DNA of 64,000 nucleotides from Macrostomum lignano (Eukaryota): assembly GCA_002269645.1 (NCBI GenBank), contig NIVC01002656.1, positions 51,247-115,246 of the forward strand, written 5' to 3'. The stretch's first letter is position 1. The number at the start of each line of letters is the position of its first letter. The notes below the pieces were generated by a model. That model had not been told where the DNA came from. It made no database searches and worked only from the letters and a program-made list of their open reading frames with translations. This document shows positions 12,917 through 26,686 of this stretch, piece by piece. A program made the translations under genes and the position numbers.

Positions 12917-14074
12917 ATGAATGTGACGCCTTTTATGGCATTTGATCGATTAGGTTTGGTAGGTTGTATGTATTGCATGCGCTCTGGAGTCAGTGGAACG
13001 GGCAGAATTTTAACTTTTATTATGCTTCCACTTCATATTTCCATGCTGACGACTAGCTATATAATTTTAGCAAAGTGTTACTGCAGTACTCAAATCTCAT
13101 TATCAATGCTCAAGGAGCATTAGAAGTAGACTTCTAAATGATGTCCAGCAGTTTTATAATGGTCTCAGTTTTCCTGAATGAATTATAGGCTAATACGAGC
13201 GTAATAGTAACATTAAAGGTTAAATCAAAATTAAGATCGCAAAATTAAGATCCCATGAGTTCGACTTTTACTCACCGGATTTGTTAAAGTCTGAACAGTT
13301 TCAGCGTTATGAGACATTTTCTAAGTTCATAAGTGTATAACCTGATTTATTCTTGGAGCTGAGTTGTATTGAAAATTCTGATTAGAATCTTTTCTCCGAT
13401 TTAGCCAGAAACCTTTCATTTTCTTGGTCCTTAACTCGCCAAATTACTTCAGGCCGCGTTACAGCCATTGGTCGAGAGCGAGTTTTGAGCCAATAAAAGC
13501 AAATTTGCACACTCACGCATTAGCGCATATAACATTAATTATGTATTGTTTGCGCAAGCGAGCTGCACAAGTACATTCGCCCGAAATGACGCATTACATG
13601 TGTATAGACTTTGGACACTGAAGCGACGAATTATTGTAGACAAACATGTGCGAGCGGCAGAATGTTGGCTAACTTTACTCACAGAGCCAGGAGAGGAAGT
13701 TAGCTAGCTAAAAGCTCGCTTCCCTGAGAATATCTCTGTGTGCTTAGAAACCATGCAGAACCCTGTGAATGTGATGTGTGCGCTTTTGGCGAATGTTTAA
13801 TTAGATATAGTGATTCGTATTTTGGCCAACTATATAACTATACAGCCGTCCAAGTGACTGAAGAACCCTTCTTTGTGCAGTGGTTATTTAGCATATTAAA
13901 AGCTGATTTCGGGTCTATCGGTTGACTCTCCTGAGTATCTTTTAAGCTCTCTCAATTGAGTGTCTTTTAGGTGTGACTCTTTTAAGTGTCTTCGGTTGAC
14001 GTTCTTGAGCGTCTTTTAAGGGATTCTTAGGCGTATTTTAGGGTGACTCTCTAAAGTGTCTCTCTAGAGTGTGG

Positions 14075-14510
14075 GATTTTGAGCGTCTTTTAAGTGACTC
14101 TCGAGTGTCTTTCGGGTGACTCTCTTGAGCGTCTTTTAAGTGACTCTCGAGTGTCTTTCGGGTGACTCTCTTGAGCGTCTTTTAAGTGACTCTCGAGTGT
14201 CTTTCGGGTGACTCTCTTGAGCGTCTTTTAAGTGACTCTCGAGTGTCTTTCGGGTGACTCTCTTGAGCGTCTTTTAAGTGACTCTCGAGTGTCTTTCGGG
14301 TGACTCTCTTGAGCGTCTTTTAAGTGACTCTCGAGTGTCTTTCGGGTGACTCTCTTGAGCGTCTTTTAAGTGACTCTCGAGTGTCTTTCGGGTGACTCTC
14401 TTGAGCGTCTTTTAAGTGACTCTCGAGTGTCTTTCGGGTGACTCTCTTGAGTGTCTTTAGGGTGGCTCTCTTGAGTGTCTTTTAAGTGACTGTCTTGAGT
14501 GGCTTCTAAG
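14075..14510. repeat. 46-bp dimeric minisatellite (24+22 bp related subunits)
   Basis: gagtgtctttcgggtgactctctt + gagcgtcttttaagtgactctc repeated about 8 times, with degenerate flanks. Confidence 0.93.
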
Positions 14511-15639
14511 TGACTCTCTTGATTCTTTTTTGAAAAGACTGTCTTGGGTGTCTTTCGGGTGAATTTTTTAGGACTGAGTGCCTTTTAGGTAACTATTTGA
14601 CAGTTTAAATAACGACTATTAAATATAGGAGTTTTGGAGACTCTCGGACCGTAAGCTCCGTAAGCTTTTAAAGTGACAGCTCAAGTGTGTTGCAGAAGAT
14701 TCTCACAGCACTTAAGTGCTTAGATTTTTCGGCTGTTAACACAATCGCGCAAATGAAATATGAAGGTATTTTATTTAATTGAGGTACAAAATGACAAATA
14801 AAACGCATTTTCTACATAACACAATAAGTTTTTAAGAAAAAGTGATTTCGACTTGCCGTCCTGATTAAGTCAGTGCAAAACGCATTGGATATACGCTGTA
14901 TAACGACTTTATTCAATTACCAAAATGTCAATGAAAGTCGTAAAATTGTCTCTGTTAACTGTAAACGAGAAAAAGCTTTAAAAAGTTTTCATAAAGCTGT
15001 GCCTTTGATAAAAAAGTATCACTACTGTACGAGAGAGCGTATTGCCGGTTTAAGTGGGACGGGGCCAGGCCTTTAGAGACCGAAAAAGGTTTTCTTCTAA
15101 ATGAGAAACTTCCGTTTTGGATTTCCGCGGCTTTCACTAAACACGAAAAAACGAGATAATATTGTCCAAATCTTCCGGTAACACTTGAAAAAATATTCAT
15201 CACAAAAAATAAAACAAAAGTGCGTCAGATAAAAAACAGTAGAACAAAAGACACTGGCTACTGTATAGTCGAAATGTAAGAGCATAAAGACTAAAAAAGG
15301 GCAAGAGAGTTTAAAAAGTTTCATTGTTGTTTAAAACAAAGCAAAACCGATCGCCGAAATAAAACAATTGCACGGAAAAGAAATGGAATAGATAAATAAA
15401 AATGTAGTGAGAATATCTGACGCAGTATAGGTATAAAATAAAAATATACACATTAAGTTCGACATCCGCATAAAAAGCAGTTCAATGCTAATAAATCCTA
15501 CATATATATATCGAAAGGCACTGCTTACAAAAACGCGGGGATCATGGTATCGCCAGCGTGCAAAATTTTCTTAGTATAAAATTAAATGAATTAAAACATT
15601 CGAATAACATGGCATACATTGTTTCTCTAATTGGTAATA

Positions 15640-16050
15640 AAATAGCATGCCAATCTGCAAATGTACCTGAATGTGACATTCCACCATGGACTCAACTTGA
15701 TGCTCAACAGCCAATCTGCAAAGGTATCTGAATGTGACATTCCACAATAGACTCAAATTGATGCTCAACAGCCAACCTGCAAATGTACCTGAATGTGACA
15801 TTCCACCATGGACTCAACTTGATGCTCAACAGCCAATCTGCAAATGTACCTGAATGTGACATTCCACCATGGACTCAACTTGATGCTCAACAGCCAATCT
15901 GCAAAGGTATCTGAATGTGACATTCCACAATAGACTCAAATTGATGCTCAACAGCCAATCTGCAAATGTATCTGAAGGTGACATTCCACCATGGACTCAA
16001 ATTGATGCTCAACAGCCAATCTGCAAATTCATCTGAAGGTGAAATTCTAC
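15640..16050. repeat. 61-bp minisatellite, about 6.5 copies
   Basis: caaatgtacctgaatgtgacattccaccatggactcaacttgatgctcaacagccaatctg recurs at 61-bp spacing (e.g. 15780, 15841, 15902). Confidence 0.93.
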
Positions 16051-16229
16051 AAAAAAAATGAATGTGTTTGTAAAATTTGATATTTTACCACAAACAATTT
16101 TTGCTACCAAATCCGTAAGTGAAAAAAGTGTTTCTGTTCACCAAACTGACATAGCAAATTTATGTAGTTAGAGTAAGCTTAAATAAAGGCGTATTTGTCT
16201 TCAACAATATCATCATTGAGTCATCAATC

Positions 16230-17942
<1,713 letters not shown>

Positions 17943-19539
17943 TTTGCTAGCTCGTTAATATTTCCTTCTGAAAGCAAGTAAAATGAATAAAGAAATATTT
18001 TTTTAACTAGACTCCTGACCTCATATGTGTAGATACTAGTATGTACTCAAAAGTATGTACTCAAAAGTATGTACTCAAAAGTATGTACTCAAAAAGTGCA
18101 TACAATGGCTCTTAGCATAATACACCAATCAACATAGAAATATATGCTAATGGCATTGAAAATGATAAATTATATCTTATTAGCTAAGATTCAATTCATC
18201 TTATTCTGCAATTTTACTGCCAAAAAATCTGTTTAAGTTATTGTCAAAAATATTGAAATATCATTAGACTCCATATAGAATAACATTTAACATCCTAAGT
18301 ACAATGTTATAAGAGTAAACAAATACTTTCTACATTAAATAGATCATATTTTATATTATATTTCAAGGTATTATAAATTTTAGTATAAACTTACGCCAAT
18401 AAATAATATCACTAGCCACTCAGCTATGCTTTGAGTTCTTGGTCTTACAAAAAAAGTATTTATATTTTATTTTTCACAAACTTAATCTAATTCCTAAATA
18501 ACATGAAAAATATCAAATAATAGAAAAATTATATTTTAGTTAAAAGTAGTATACTTAAAATCACCAAAAAACTAATTCTAAAATTTATAGATATAATAGC
18601 CATAAAAATCTAGTATCTACTAAAAAAATAAAAAATTGTGTTTTTAGAAAAAATGTGCGTTTTGAAGAAATTCTGTTTTCAAAAGATCTGATCATAGTAT
18701 ATAATTATTTTTATAGTCACAAGTTATGCTCATATAAATAAGTTACACAAAATTACACAAATGCTTGAAATAAAACAATAAGTTTCAACCTGGCAAGCAG
18801 TAGCAAAATTTTTGAGTTTCCTACACTATTTTGGGAAATTTGGGGTAATTGATTAAAAATAAAAAATATGCTATTAGCTATGGGAGTATAAGTAAATCTG
18901 AATGAAAGGGCAATCCATAACCAGGCATGTAGCCAGGATTTATATCAGGGCCTTATTATATTAAACAGTTAGTGATGGAAGCAAAATAAAAAAGTAGTAA
19001 AAATTGTCTGCCCTCCAGAGGGGAGCATGCACCTGGTGTCCTCCCTCTTGGCTATGCTATGTACCTGCACTATAATATTAATAATAAATAATATATTATG
19101 CTTGTGTATAAAATTTATAATACATAATATAATAATAGTAAGACATATTTTACATTTAAGAAAAAGAAGAAAAGGAGGTTGAGGCTTTCATCGACTTTGC
19201 TTCTCTTATATAGAACCTATATCAGCCCAGCGAATACAATCTATTCATAGAAAGCCGCAAAGAGTAAGCGATAATTAGTCATTGTTTAAATTTTTATTTT
19301 CACAAACAACGGTACGCACTCTATCAAAATTTCCTTCTTTAAATCATCTATCATATTTATTACTATGAAGCAACAAAAGAACCGTGCTATATTGGTTTTA
19401 TTTTACTAATTTCAAACGTTTTTACAAGTAACAATTTAACCATCTAACCATTTACAAAGTAACCATTATTTTACGTCATATAGTTTCTTCTCAATGAAGA
19501 CGTGTTCGTTAACTTTGGTACATGCAACTAAGGGGGGTT

Positions 19540-19870
19540 CACAAACTCGAATTTTCACAACGTCGAAAGCACCTTCTTTCATAAGGTCGCAAATTTCACA
19601 ACGTAGAAAACTCAAATAACAGCCACTTTCCAGAAGGTCTTTTACTAGAGTTTTCGATGTTGTGAAATTTCGACCTTGTGAAGTTTCGACCTTGTGAAAG
19701 TGGCTGTTATTCAAGTTTTCTACGTTGTGAAATTTCGACATTGTGAAATTTCGACATGAAGTCTCTTGCTAAAGTTTTCGGTGTTGTGAAATTTCGACCT
19801 TGTGAAGTTTCGACCTTGTAAAATAATTTACTTTTCGACATTGTGAAATTTCGACCCTGTGAAAGCACCC
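19540..19870. repeat. Foldback-like array of about 18-bp units (gtgaaatttcgac...) in both orientations
   Basis: 19591-19630 is the reverse complement of 19696-19735 with 2 mismatches. The block 19645-19700 is near-duplicated at 19766-19820. Confidence 0.75.
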
Positions 19871-20413
19871 CCAACTAAGGACTTCATCAGCGTAGTGAAT
19901 TTGATTTATAGATGAAAAAATTGAGTAAAATAGTGCTATACCTACAAATAATCGTTCGAATATTTTTCTGGAGGTCGGTTTCTTTTGGAAGTTGTCTGTC
20001 TTTTGAGCACTGATCATGCACATGCACGACATCTTATCTTTTGGACTTCCAATTCAAATTGCGGAATCTAAAACAGGTCGTCGAAAGGATGCTCACACGT
20101 GACACAACCCTCTTGTGAGCATCAATCATATATATTTATCACACGGATCTAGCAAAAATGCATGCATGTACATTTGATCCATCTTTTAACTATTACATAC
20201 ATAATGCATATAGATCATGTTTGCGCTAGCAAATTAGTACTCGCTCGCGCGCACCTTGCGCTGGCAGAACGTTTGACAGTAACATAGAGCTGCGCTTTAT
20301 TTGATGTTGCTTCTCCAATTATGTTGAAAATATACAAGCAATATTCCTACTAAGCAATAATCCTATCGTTGGACTATAGCTTAGAGTATAGTTTTGCGTG
20401 CACATGTAAATTT

Positions 20414-21802
20414 TTATTCGTTATTTTGACAGCCAAATAAATCGGTATCTGGTCTGATGCCTGCAGCTATTTCACATCTTGGCCGCGATCTTTTGTTAAT
20501 GTACTTCTGCCAGACTTCGCTGGGTTCTCCGAGTTCCAGACCCGCCGTCGCATCGGTAAAAAGTAGCAATCGACACAATCCGCGTCTCACGCTAAATAAG
20601 CAGGCGACGCAACCATCAGATTGGTAGCAAAGACTGACGCAGTTGAAAACTCCAGATTTACTACTTCTTCCAGTCTGAAAGTGGTAGTAGTCGCTGTGGC
20701 AGTATAGCTATTTTCGTTTGTTACAATTCGTGGAGTTTTTTCCCTTATGATGTTGCCGAATCAAGTCAACTGGAGTGTAAAAAAGCGAGAAAAACATTAG
20801 GTCATGCGGCTCATTAACTCCAGAGAATTGTAGCTCGTATATGCGGATGCGAATGTTTTACTGAGTATAAGGTTATTGTTAACACCACGCCGATAATTAA
20901 AACATCGAAATGAATTTTGTATTTATATATGGTATCGTTCTTAAAATACTTCTAAGTGTTTTTTGCCTAAAAAGTTTTGCAAAATCGGAGCCAAATGAGA
21001 GATTATAGCTATAGAGCCCAGCATTTTTGAAGTCCCAAAAACAGATCTTTAATTTACATACATGTACATTTTTGCGAATTTTTTTTAAACAGCGACCCCC
21101 AGCAGATTCTACAACACCCCAATTTTAACAGTCCCTATAACAATTAAAATTCTTTAGAAAGTTGCCTACGACACTAACTATTCCACTATCCGATTTGCGT
21201 TGCAGCTAGGTGATACAGAAATCTTCGCCTTTCGCGACACTCGCCGTCTATCAGCCGCCAAAGTCGTTCCGGTCGAGGCGGCGTCTTTGTAAACTCTTCA
21301 ATGGCAATGCATCGGGTCACATTGGCATTGCTGCTAGAGCTGAGTTCTGGAGCACCGGCTGTCGTGTTGGGAAGTAGAAGGGGTTGGTCAGTTGCGACAG
21401 TCCAATAGTTTCCACCATACATAAGATTGCTAGCGCCTAGCCAGAAAGCTTTGCTGGCGACTTCCGTACCCAGGCCGGCTGTTCGTCTGGAAAGCAGCAT
21501 CTCGATGACGGTTGAATCGGATAGAAGTGTAGCTCCGGGAGCAATTTCTACGCACGATGAATGGGCCGAACAGAAATCTACCAGCTGATCCACTGCTGGA
21601 GAAGTGCAGACAGACAGGATCAGCGGCAGTGGTGTCTCCGCTGCGCGATTCGACGAGCATTGTAAGTGTCTCGTAAGTACCAAGTATTCATGTTACACGG
21701 ATGTATGGTCTTACAAAGACTATAAAATCACGAACCAAAGTTATACCAGTTATACCGCTTACAATCTGTTGGCGGGCTGCATGGTTGCCATGAGTGAGCC
21801 AT
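20414..21802 (-). pseudogene. Decayed C-type lectin-like gene with a downstream PAN/Apple-like exon
   Basis: The CTLD start CKRYNWYNFGS*FY has TGA (21730-21728) where Cys is expected, then a frameshift. It continues AFWLGA...RCIAI...WRLIDGECRERRRFLY, with the terminal Cys as Tyr (TAT 21215-21213). A separate segment at 20707-20414 reads CVSLCYQSDGCVACLFSVRRGLCRL (PAN-type Cys spacing). Linkage of the two parts is inferred. Confidence 0.55.
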
Positions 21803-22501
21803 AATTTTTGTAATAGTCGCTAATACTATAAGTTTTCGTGGAATCTGTGCATAATCTGTCGGAGACCATCAAAGTGACTTACCACAAGGACTTACCAAAA
21901 TACATTTAGTATTCCAGATACTATACACAGAAAAAAGTATAGTAGGATTCAATAAAATCATTGCTAGATTAAAATCCCACTGGTTAAGCAGAGTTTTTAT
22001 AAGTTTTATATTGCAAGAAATTCAATACCATATTCGGCTTCTCCAATGTGAACTGAACTATTTGGTTTCATCATCAGGCGTGACGCAGCATCCTAGTTTC
22101 CCAAAAATACAGCTGCAGCGGGATTCTTTTTTTGTCTGTCCGAATGCGTCTACAAAACAATGGTGAAATTAAATCCGATTTTTATATTCTCATTTAACGA
22201 AAATAAATGGCACGTGATGTTTGGTTGATTTTTTCGGCTTTACGAAAATCTGCTTTAAGGTGATGCGTAAAGACACCTTATTTTGCCTGTTTTACATTTA
22301 CTTTCAACTCTATTACCTCGTACATTTACAATAGACGTTTGTGTATTTTTTGATTAACTTAAAGTACCTGTCTTAAAACACTTTGAGTTTAAAAACTACT
22401 ACTTTTACAGAACCATTCGAAAACAAGTTAATTACATTACACTGATGTACGTCTATAAACTACGTAGTATAATATTTAAATCAATCGACGAATGTTCAGC
22501 C

Positions 22502-23095
22502 TTAGAAGAAATAATTCTCCAGGGCTTCATCGGCCTCGTCGACCTCCGACGCAGCTGGTCGACGCCGTCGTTCATCCCTGCCTGGGCGTCCCAGCTCGGA
22601 GCGCTCGCGTCCTCTCTTGGCGTCATTTTTCTTTTTGTCCTTCTGCTTCCTCTCTGGCCACAAATTGCGCCGGGCCTCCTTAGCGTAGGCGTAAAGCGTT
22701 TTGCCACGAGTGGGCGAACCGCAGCCTTTGAAATGGACCTCCAACTGGTCCTTGTACTTCACTTTGGAAGCGTCGAAATCAGTGGCAATCAGTTGCTTGT
22801 CGTTGCGCACGATCATTGTGATGTTGTCAGTTCACTGGTTAAAGAAAGTAGCCAGGTTGTTGCTAAGGTTGGCGAAGCTGTTGTTAAGAGTGTTCAGCTG
22901 CAGTGTGCGAAAGTACGGATGTGGCTCGTCCACCTTGCGCACAAGCAAATAAAAAGTCCCGTTCGAGCCGCTGGACCAATTGCCCCGTCCGCCGCGGTTG
23001 CCGCTTCGCCATCTCTTTCTGCCCCAGGCGTCCGAGCTGCCGACAAGGCAGACTGCTGCCACCAGCACAATTAAGAGTGCCAACGAGAATTTCAT
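22502..23095 (-). CDS. Secreted protein: signal peptide + R/G/W-rich segment + possible ubiquitin-like fold, with one in-frame TGA (87 aa to the stop, 197 codons if read through)
   Basis: Signal peptide MKFSLALLIVLVAAVCLVGSSDA. ORFs 23095-22832 and 22816-22502 are in the same frame, joined by TGA + TDNIT. The frame ends at TAA 22504-22502. Confidence 0.7.
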
Positions 23096-24172
23096 CTCTA
23101 TGTCTTACAGAAAGTCTGCCAATTCGAAGAGTTCCAGAATCACAGTCTTATGATCCCGTCTGACACTCGGCCTCCACTCCCTTTTATGCTGATTTTGAAC
23201 AACCCAATCTTGGCCGGTCAAGGTTTTCCGCTGGGTTTAAACTGCTGATAATGTTTGCACTGGAAAATGAAGAAACTTGTTATGATTAAACTGGCTATTC
23301 TTGTCAGAACCAGTCCAATACCAGCCTAAGTCACTTGCATAAATGATTCTTATCACTGAATTTCAGCTCTCTGAAAGCTTTGACAAAGGTCCTCGAGTGC
23401 TTTGGTCAAAAGAGCACCAATTCCTTTCTTTGCTACAATCAATGTGCCTAAAGCAATACGTCAAACTGATTAGATAACTTCAGACCCTTTTCTATGTGCA
23501 GGAAAAGGTGGGAAGAAATCTCAGTAGAGCCATTTTAGGTCTAAGTACGAGTGTATACAATCCAGGCTGTCTACAATGAGTCATACATGTAATGAACTAA
23601 AACTCATCCCAGACCAATGTAGAATTTCTGTTTCCTGTTTTTACATTCTACTATTTGCAAGGAACATGAATAGATTTCATTAATTCAGTGGTAGGATCAT
23701 CAAACTTTGGGCAGGCACACGTGTGCACATGCGCATACACATAAACTCCGGAATGAATAAATTAGGTGCTATTGTGTACTGAAGATAATCCAGTTAGAGA
23801 CAACCTAGCCTCTGGCAGATCTCAACAATGCGTCCTTTGTTTGCCCCCTTCTCAGCTGTTTGTGCTATCAGCTCTGAGTAAATTAGTTATGATCACACTC
23901 AGATAGGCTTTTGTCAGCAGAGTTAATGAGCTGCGAGCATCCGAAGTGGACTGCACTTGCTATGTCTGCTATGTTTGATTTGTAACCATCCTATTTGTGC
24001 AGTTGCTCCGTAATTAATTATCTACAATGAACCATTGTGTTTCATTTCGCTGTTGACCATGTCATTCAATTAATTAAGTCACACTTTTAGCAAATAAATG
24101 GCGCTGCATCGCTTCGGTGGCCAGAAAAATCCTGCTCATTGTTTGCCTCAAAATCAGCCAACGTAAGCCTCC

Positions 24173-25999
24173 ATGTTTGATCAAATTTCGTTACATTCAG
24201 TGTCAAATGACGACAACGAAAAAGAACTCTGCCCTATGCAGAGCTGCGGCAAGCTCCATAGTAACCGATTCGATGCTTTGTACTCTGGCCGATTGGGCGA
24301 GTTCGAAAGCTACCTGGAAAGTCTGGCTCCGAAGGAGGTGCGCGAGCTTCTATTGCCAACAACCGATGCTGTTGAAAATGCGGCTTTGCGATACGGAAGC
24401 CTTCAGCCTCTGAGCTCCATGACGGTGGCCGAGAAAAGAGTCGAGAATTTATCAATCACTCCACTGATTGAGCTGATGATCAATCAAAGAACCGAGTTAG
24501 TTATTAAAGCATTGGCGCTCATGACAGAAGATACCGAATCACAACATGCTGTCGCTCACAGTGCAAGATTTTCCTTATTCCAACTCGTCGACTTTTGTCG
24601 CTGCTTTCCAAACAGAGAGCTGCAGATGGCTGAACTTTTCACTCAGCTGGCGAATGCACAGCCGACCCTTTGTGTGAGATGGCTGTTAGTGGAGACCGCT
24701 CAAGAAGCTGTAAGACCATTGGAGTACGCTTCCATTTGGAATTGTTTTCAGCTGGCCAAAGTCTTCATTGACGTGCCCGGCTATCTCAAAACGACAATTG
24801 TCTCAGAGAAAGACAGCAGACTTGAGATTGACCGCTTCGACTTCTCCAACTATCGCTGGTTTACGGGCTCCCGGTTTACTAGGTCGCCATTTGTTCAACT
24901 GAGCTGCGCCACCACGCGACTGATTAGCGACTTTATCCCGGCGGGATACGCAGATTTCTACGACTGTCCCGCGGTTCAGGGCTACCTGCCAAAAATTCTA
25001 GCAACCGGCCCGACTTCACGCAGATCCACTTACATACTCATCGTATTTTACGTATTATATTACACAATTTACACAGTCACCCTAACGGCGCGCCTGTTCA
25101 CAGGAGGTCAATTCAGTTCGAGCTCTATACTCAAAGTGGCTGGCGAAGCTAATAATACAATCTCGTATCTGACGAAGCTGCCGCAGCAGGTATTAACTGC
25201 TCTACTCTACCTGTTCTATTTTAGGGTAGTTATCCAGCTGCTCTTTATATTCATGGCCTCATCGCTATTGATTTCCTCGCATCTGACCAACATTAGCCTT
25301 CCACGGCCGTCTAGAAGGCGGTGGCTGCCGCTGCATTGGTTACGCAGTGCTATATCGCTCTCTAGCGACATACGCGAAGGCTCGTCCATTGTCTATCTCT
25401 TGCATCAGTTCCTGTCGCTAATGCTAGAGTTTGGCTGGACAAAAATGAACTACGTCACCGTCAATGATGAGCGATTTGTAAATCCTGAAAATTTGAAGAT
25501 CTTCTTTGCGTTGCACATTCTATTCCTAATACTATTGATGATATTCTTCTTCGATGAACTGGCCTCGCACTTCAAGGTGTTTTTCTACTTGATTCACAGT
25601 TTGCAAGAATCAATGAAGGTTTTGTACATCATCATCATGCCTGTCTTTGTACTATGCACCACGATATTCATCTGTCATCCATTCACGGAAGACACTGACA
25701 AGGACCTATTGGAAGTACTGGCTGACATGATGGTGGGCGCTAGCCGCTACGCGCTGAGCCTCGGTGACTTTTCCGGTCCCAGTAAAGACTTGGTCCTGTG
25801 GGGCCAGCCTATGTTCTTCATCATGGTATCCCTGTTCCTCGTGAACTTCTGCATCGCTCTACTGACGCAACGCATCGCACTAATGGAAGAGCGAACCGAG
25901 CTGAGGCAGATAATGCGAATTGTAGATTTGCTCCATCAGATATGGCTGATTGCAAGGCTTATTATGAAACGATTTAAAAACATAGCTGAAAACCGTTGA
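24173..25999 (+). CDS. Intronless TRP-type (TRPA-like) 6-TM cation channel, 608 aa, no clear ankyrin array
   Basis: Six hydrophobic segments, pore-like ALSLGDFSG, and S6/TRP-like FIMVSLFLVNFCIALLTQRIALMEE. Pre-S1 YDCPAVQGYL resembles 'L.hP.v..yl'. Confidence 0.75.
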   Translation: MFDQISLHSVSNDDNEKELCPMQSCGKLHSNRFDALYSGRLGEFESYLESLAPKEVRELLLPTTDAVENAALRYGSLQPLSSMTVAEKRVENLSITPLIELMINQRTELVIKALALMTEDTESQHAVAHSARFSLFQLVDFCRCFPNRELQMAELFTQLANAQPTLCVRWLLVETAQEAVRPLEYASIWNCFQLAKVFIDVPGYLKTTIVSEKDSRLEIDRFDFSNYRWFTGSRFTRSPFVQLSCATTRLISDFIPAGYADFYDCPAVQGYLPKILATGPTSRRSTYILIVFYVLYYTIYTVTLTARLFTGGQFSSSSILKVAGEANNTISYLTKLPQQVLTALLYLFYFRVVIQLLFIFMASSLLISSHLTNISLPRPSRRRWLPLHWLRSAISLSSDIREGSSIVYLLHQFLSLMLEFGWTKMNYVTVNDERFVNPENLKIFFALHILFLILLMIFFFDELASHFKVFFYLIHSLQESMKVLYIIIMPVFVLCTTIFICHPFTEDTDKDLLEVLADMMVGASRYALSLGDFSGPSKDLVLWGQPMFFIMVSLFLVNFCIALLTQRIALMEERTELRQIMRIVDLLHQIWLIARLIMKRFKNIAENR

Positions 26000-26686
26000 T
26001 TATTGAGAACTTGCGGCTACGGTGTGACTTCGCTGACTAGAGCCATCAATCCTGTCAATTAAACTCTCAGGTACTTCTGGTTTCAGCGAACACCAAGACG
26101 CAATCATGCGTGAAATTCAAGATGTACAAGTAGAATATTTACGTGACAATTTTTGCATAGTCACACGAAAGGCTACGCACACTCGAGGTCTAACAAGCAA
26201 ACCGTCGCTATCTCTCCATTGGTGAAGAGTTGTAATATAGTTCAGATAAGAGTTACTAGTTTCGATAGCAAATAAGATCGAAAATCACATTTGATCCCTA
26301 TATAATGTTAGATTTCATAACGTCTAATCGTATTGATACTTTTGCACGTCGAATATCTGATCAATAGAAGAATCACTATTTGATATTTTACAATGGACAA
26401 TATCTATTGCCGAATTATAATCAATGTTTCGTACATTAGAATCTTTTTGTTTCCACTTCTTCGTATTTCTTTTCTTATAAATATAAAAAAAATCAAATAA
26501 GAGTCTGAAACTTTATTGATCATAAATATACATCAACGAAAATAGTGGCCTCCCTTGTCAGCCGCTTGGTTTTATTTTTCTTGCTCGTTTTCAAGTCATG
26601 CAAAATTGAAACAAGAAAACTGAAAATAAGTTTTTCTTGCAAGTATTTTCATGGACCGATGGACTTTTAACACGTCACGATTTCTC

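Noticed and set aside
22445-23074. 209-aa plus-strand ORF
   Set aside because: It is the antisense shadow of the minus-strand secreted-protein frame; no motifs.
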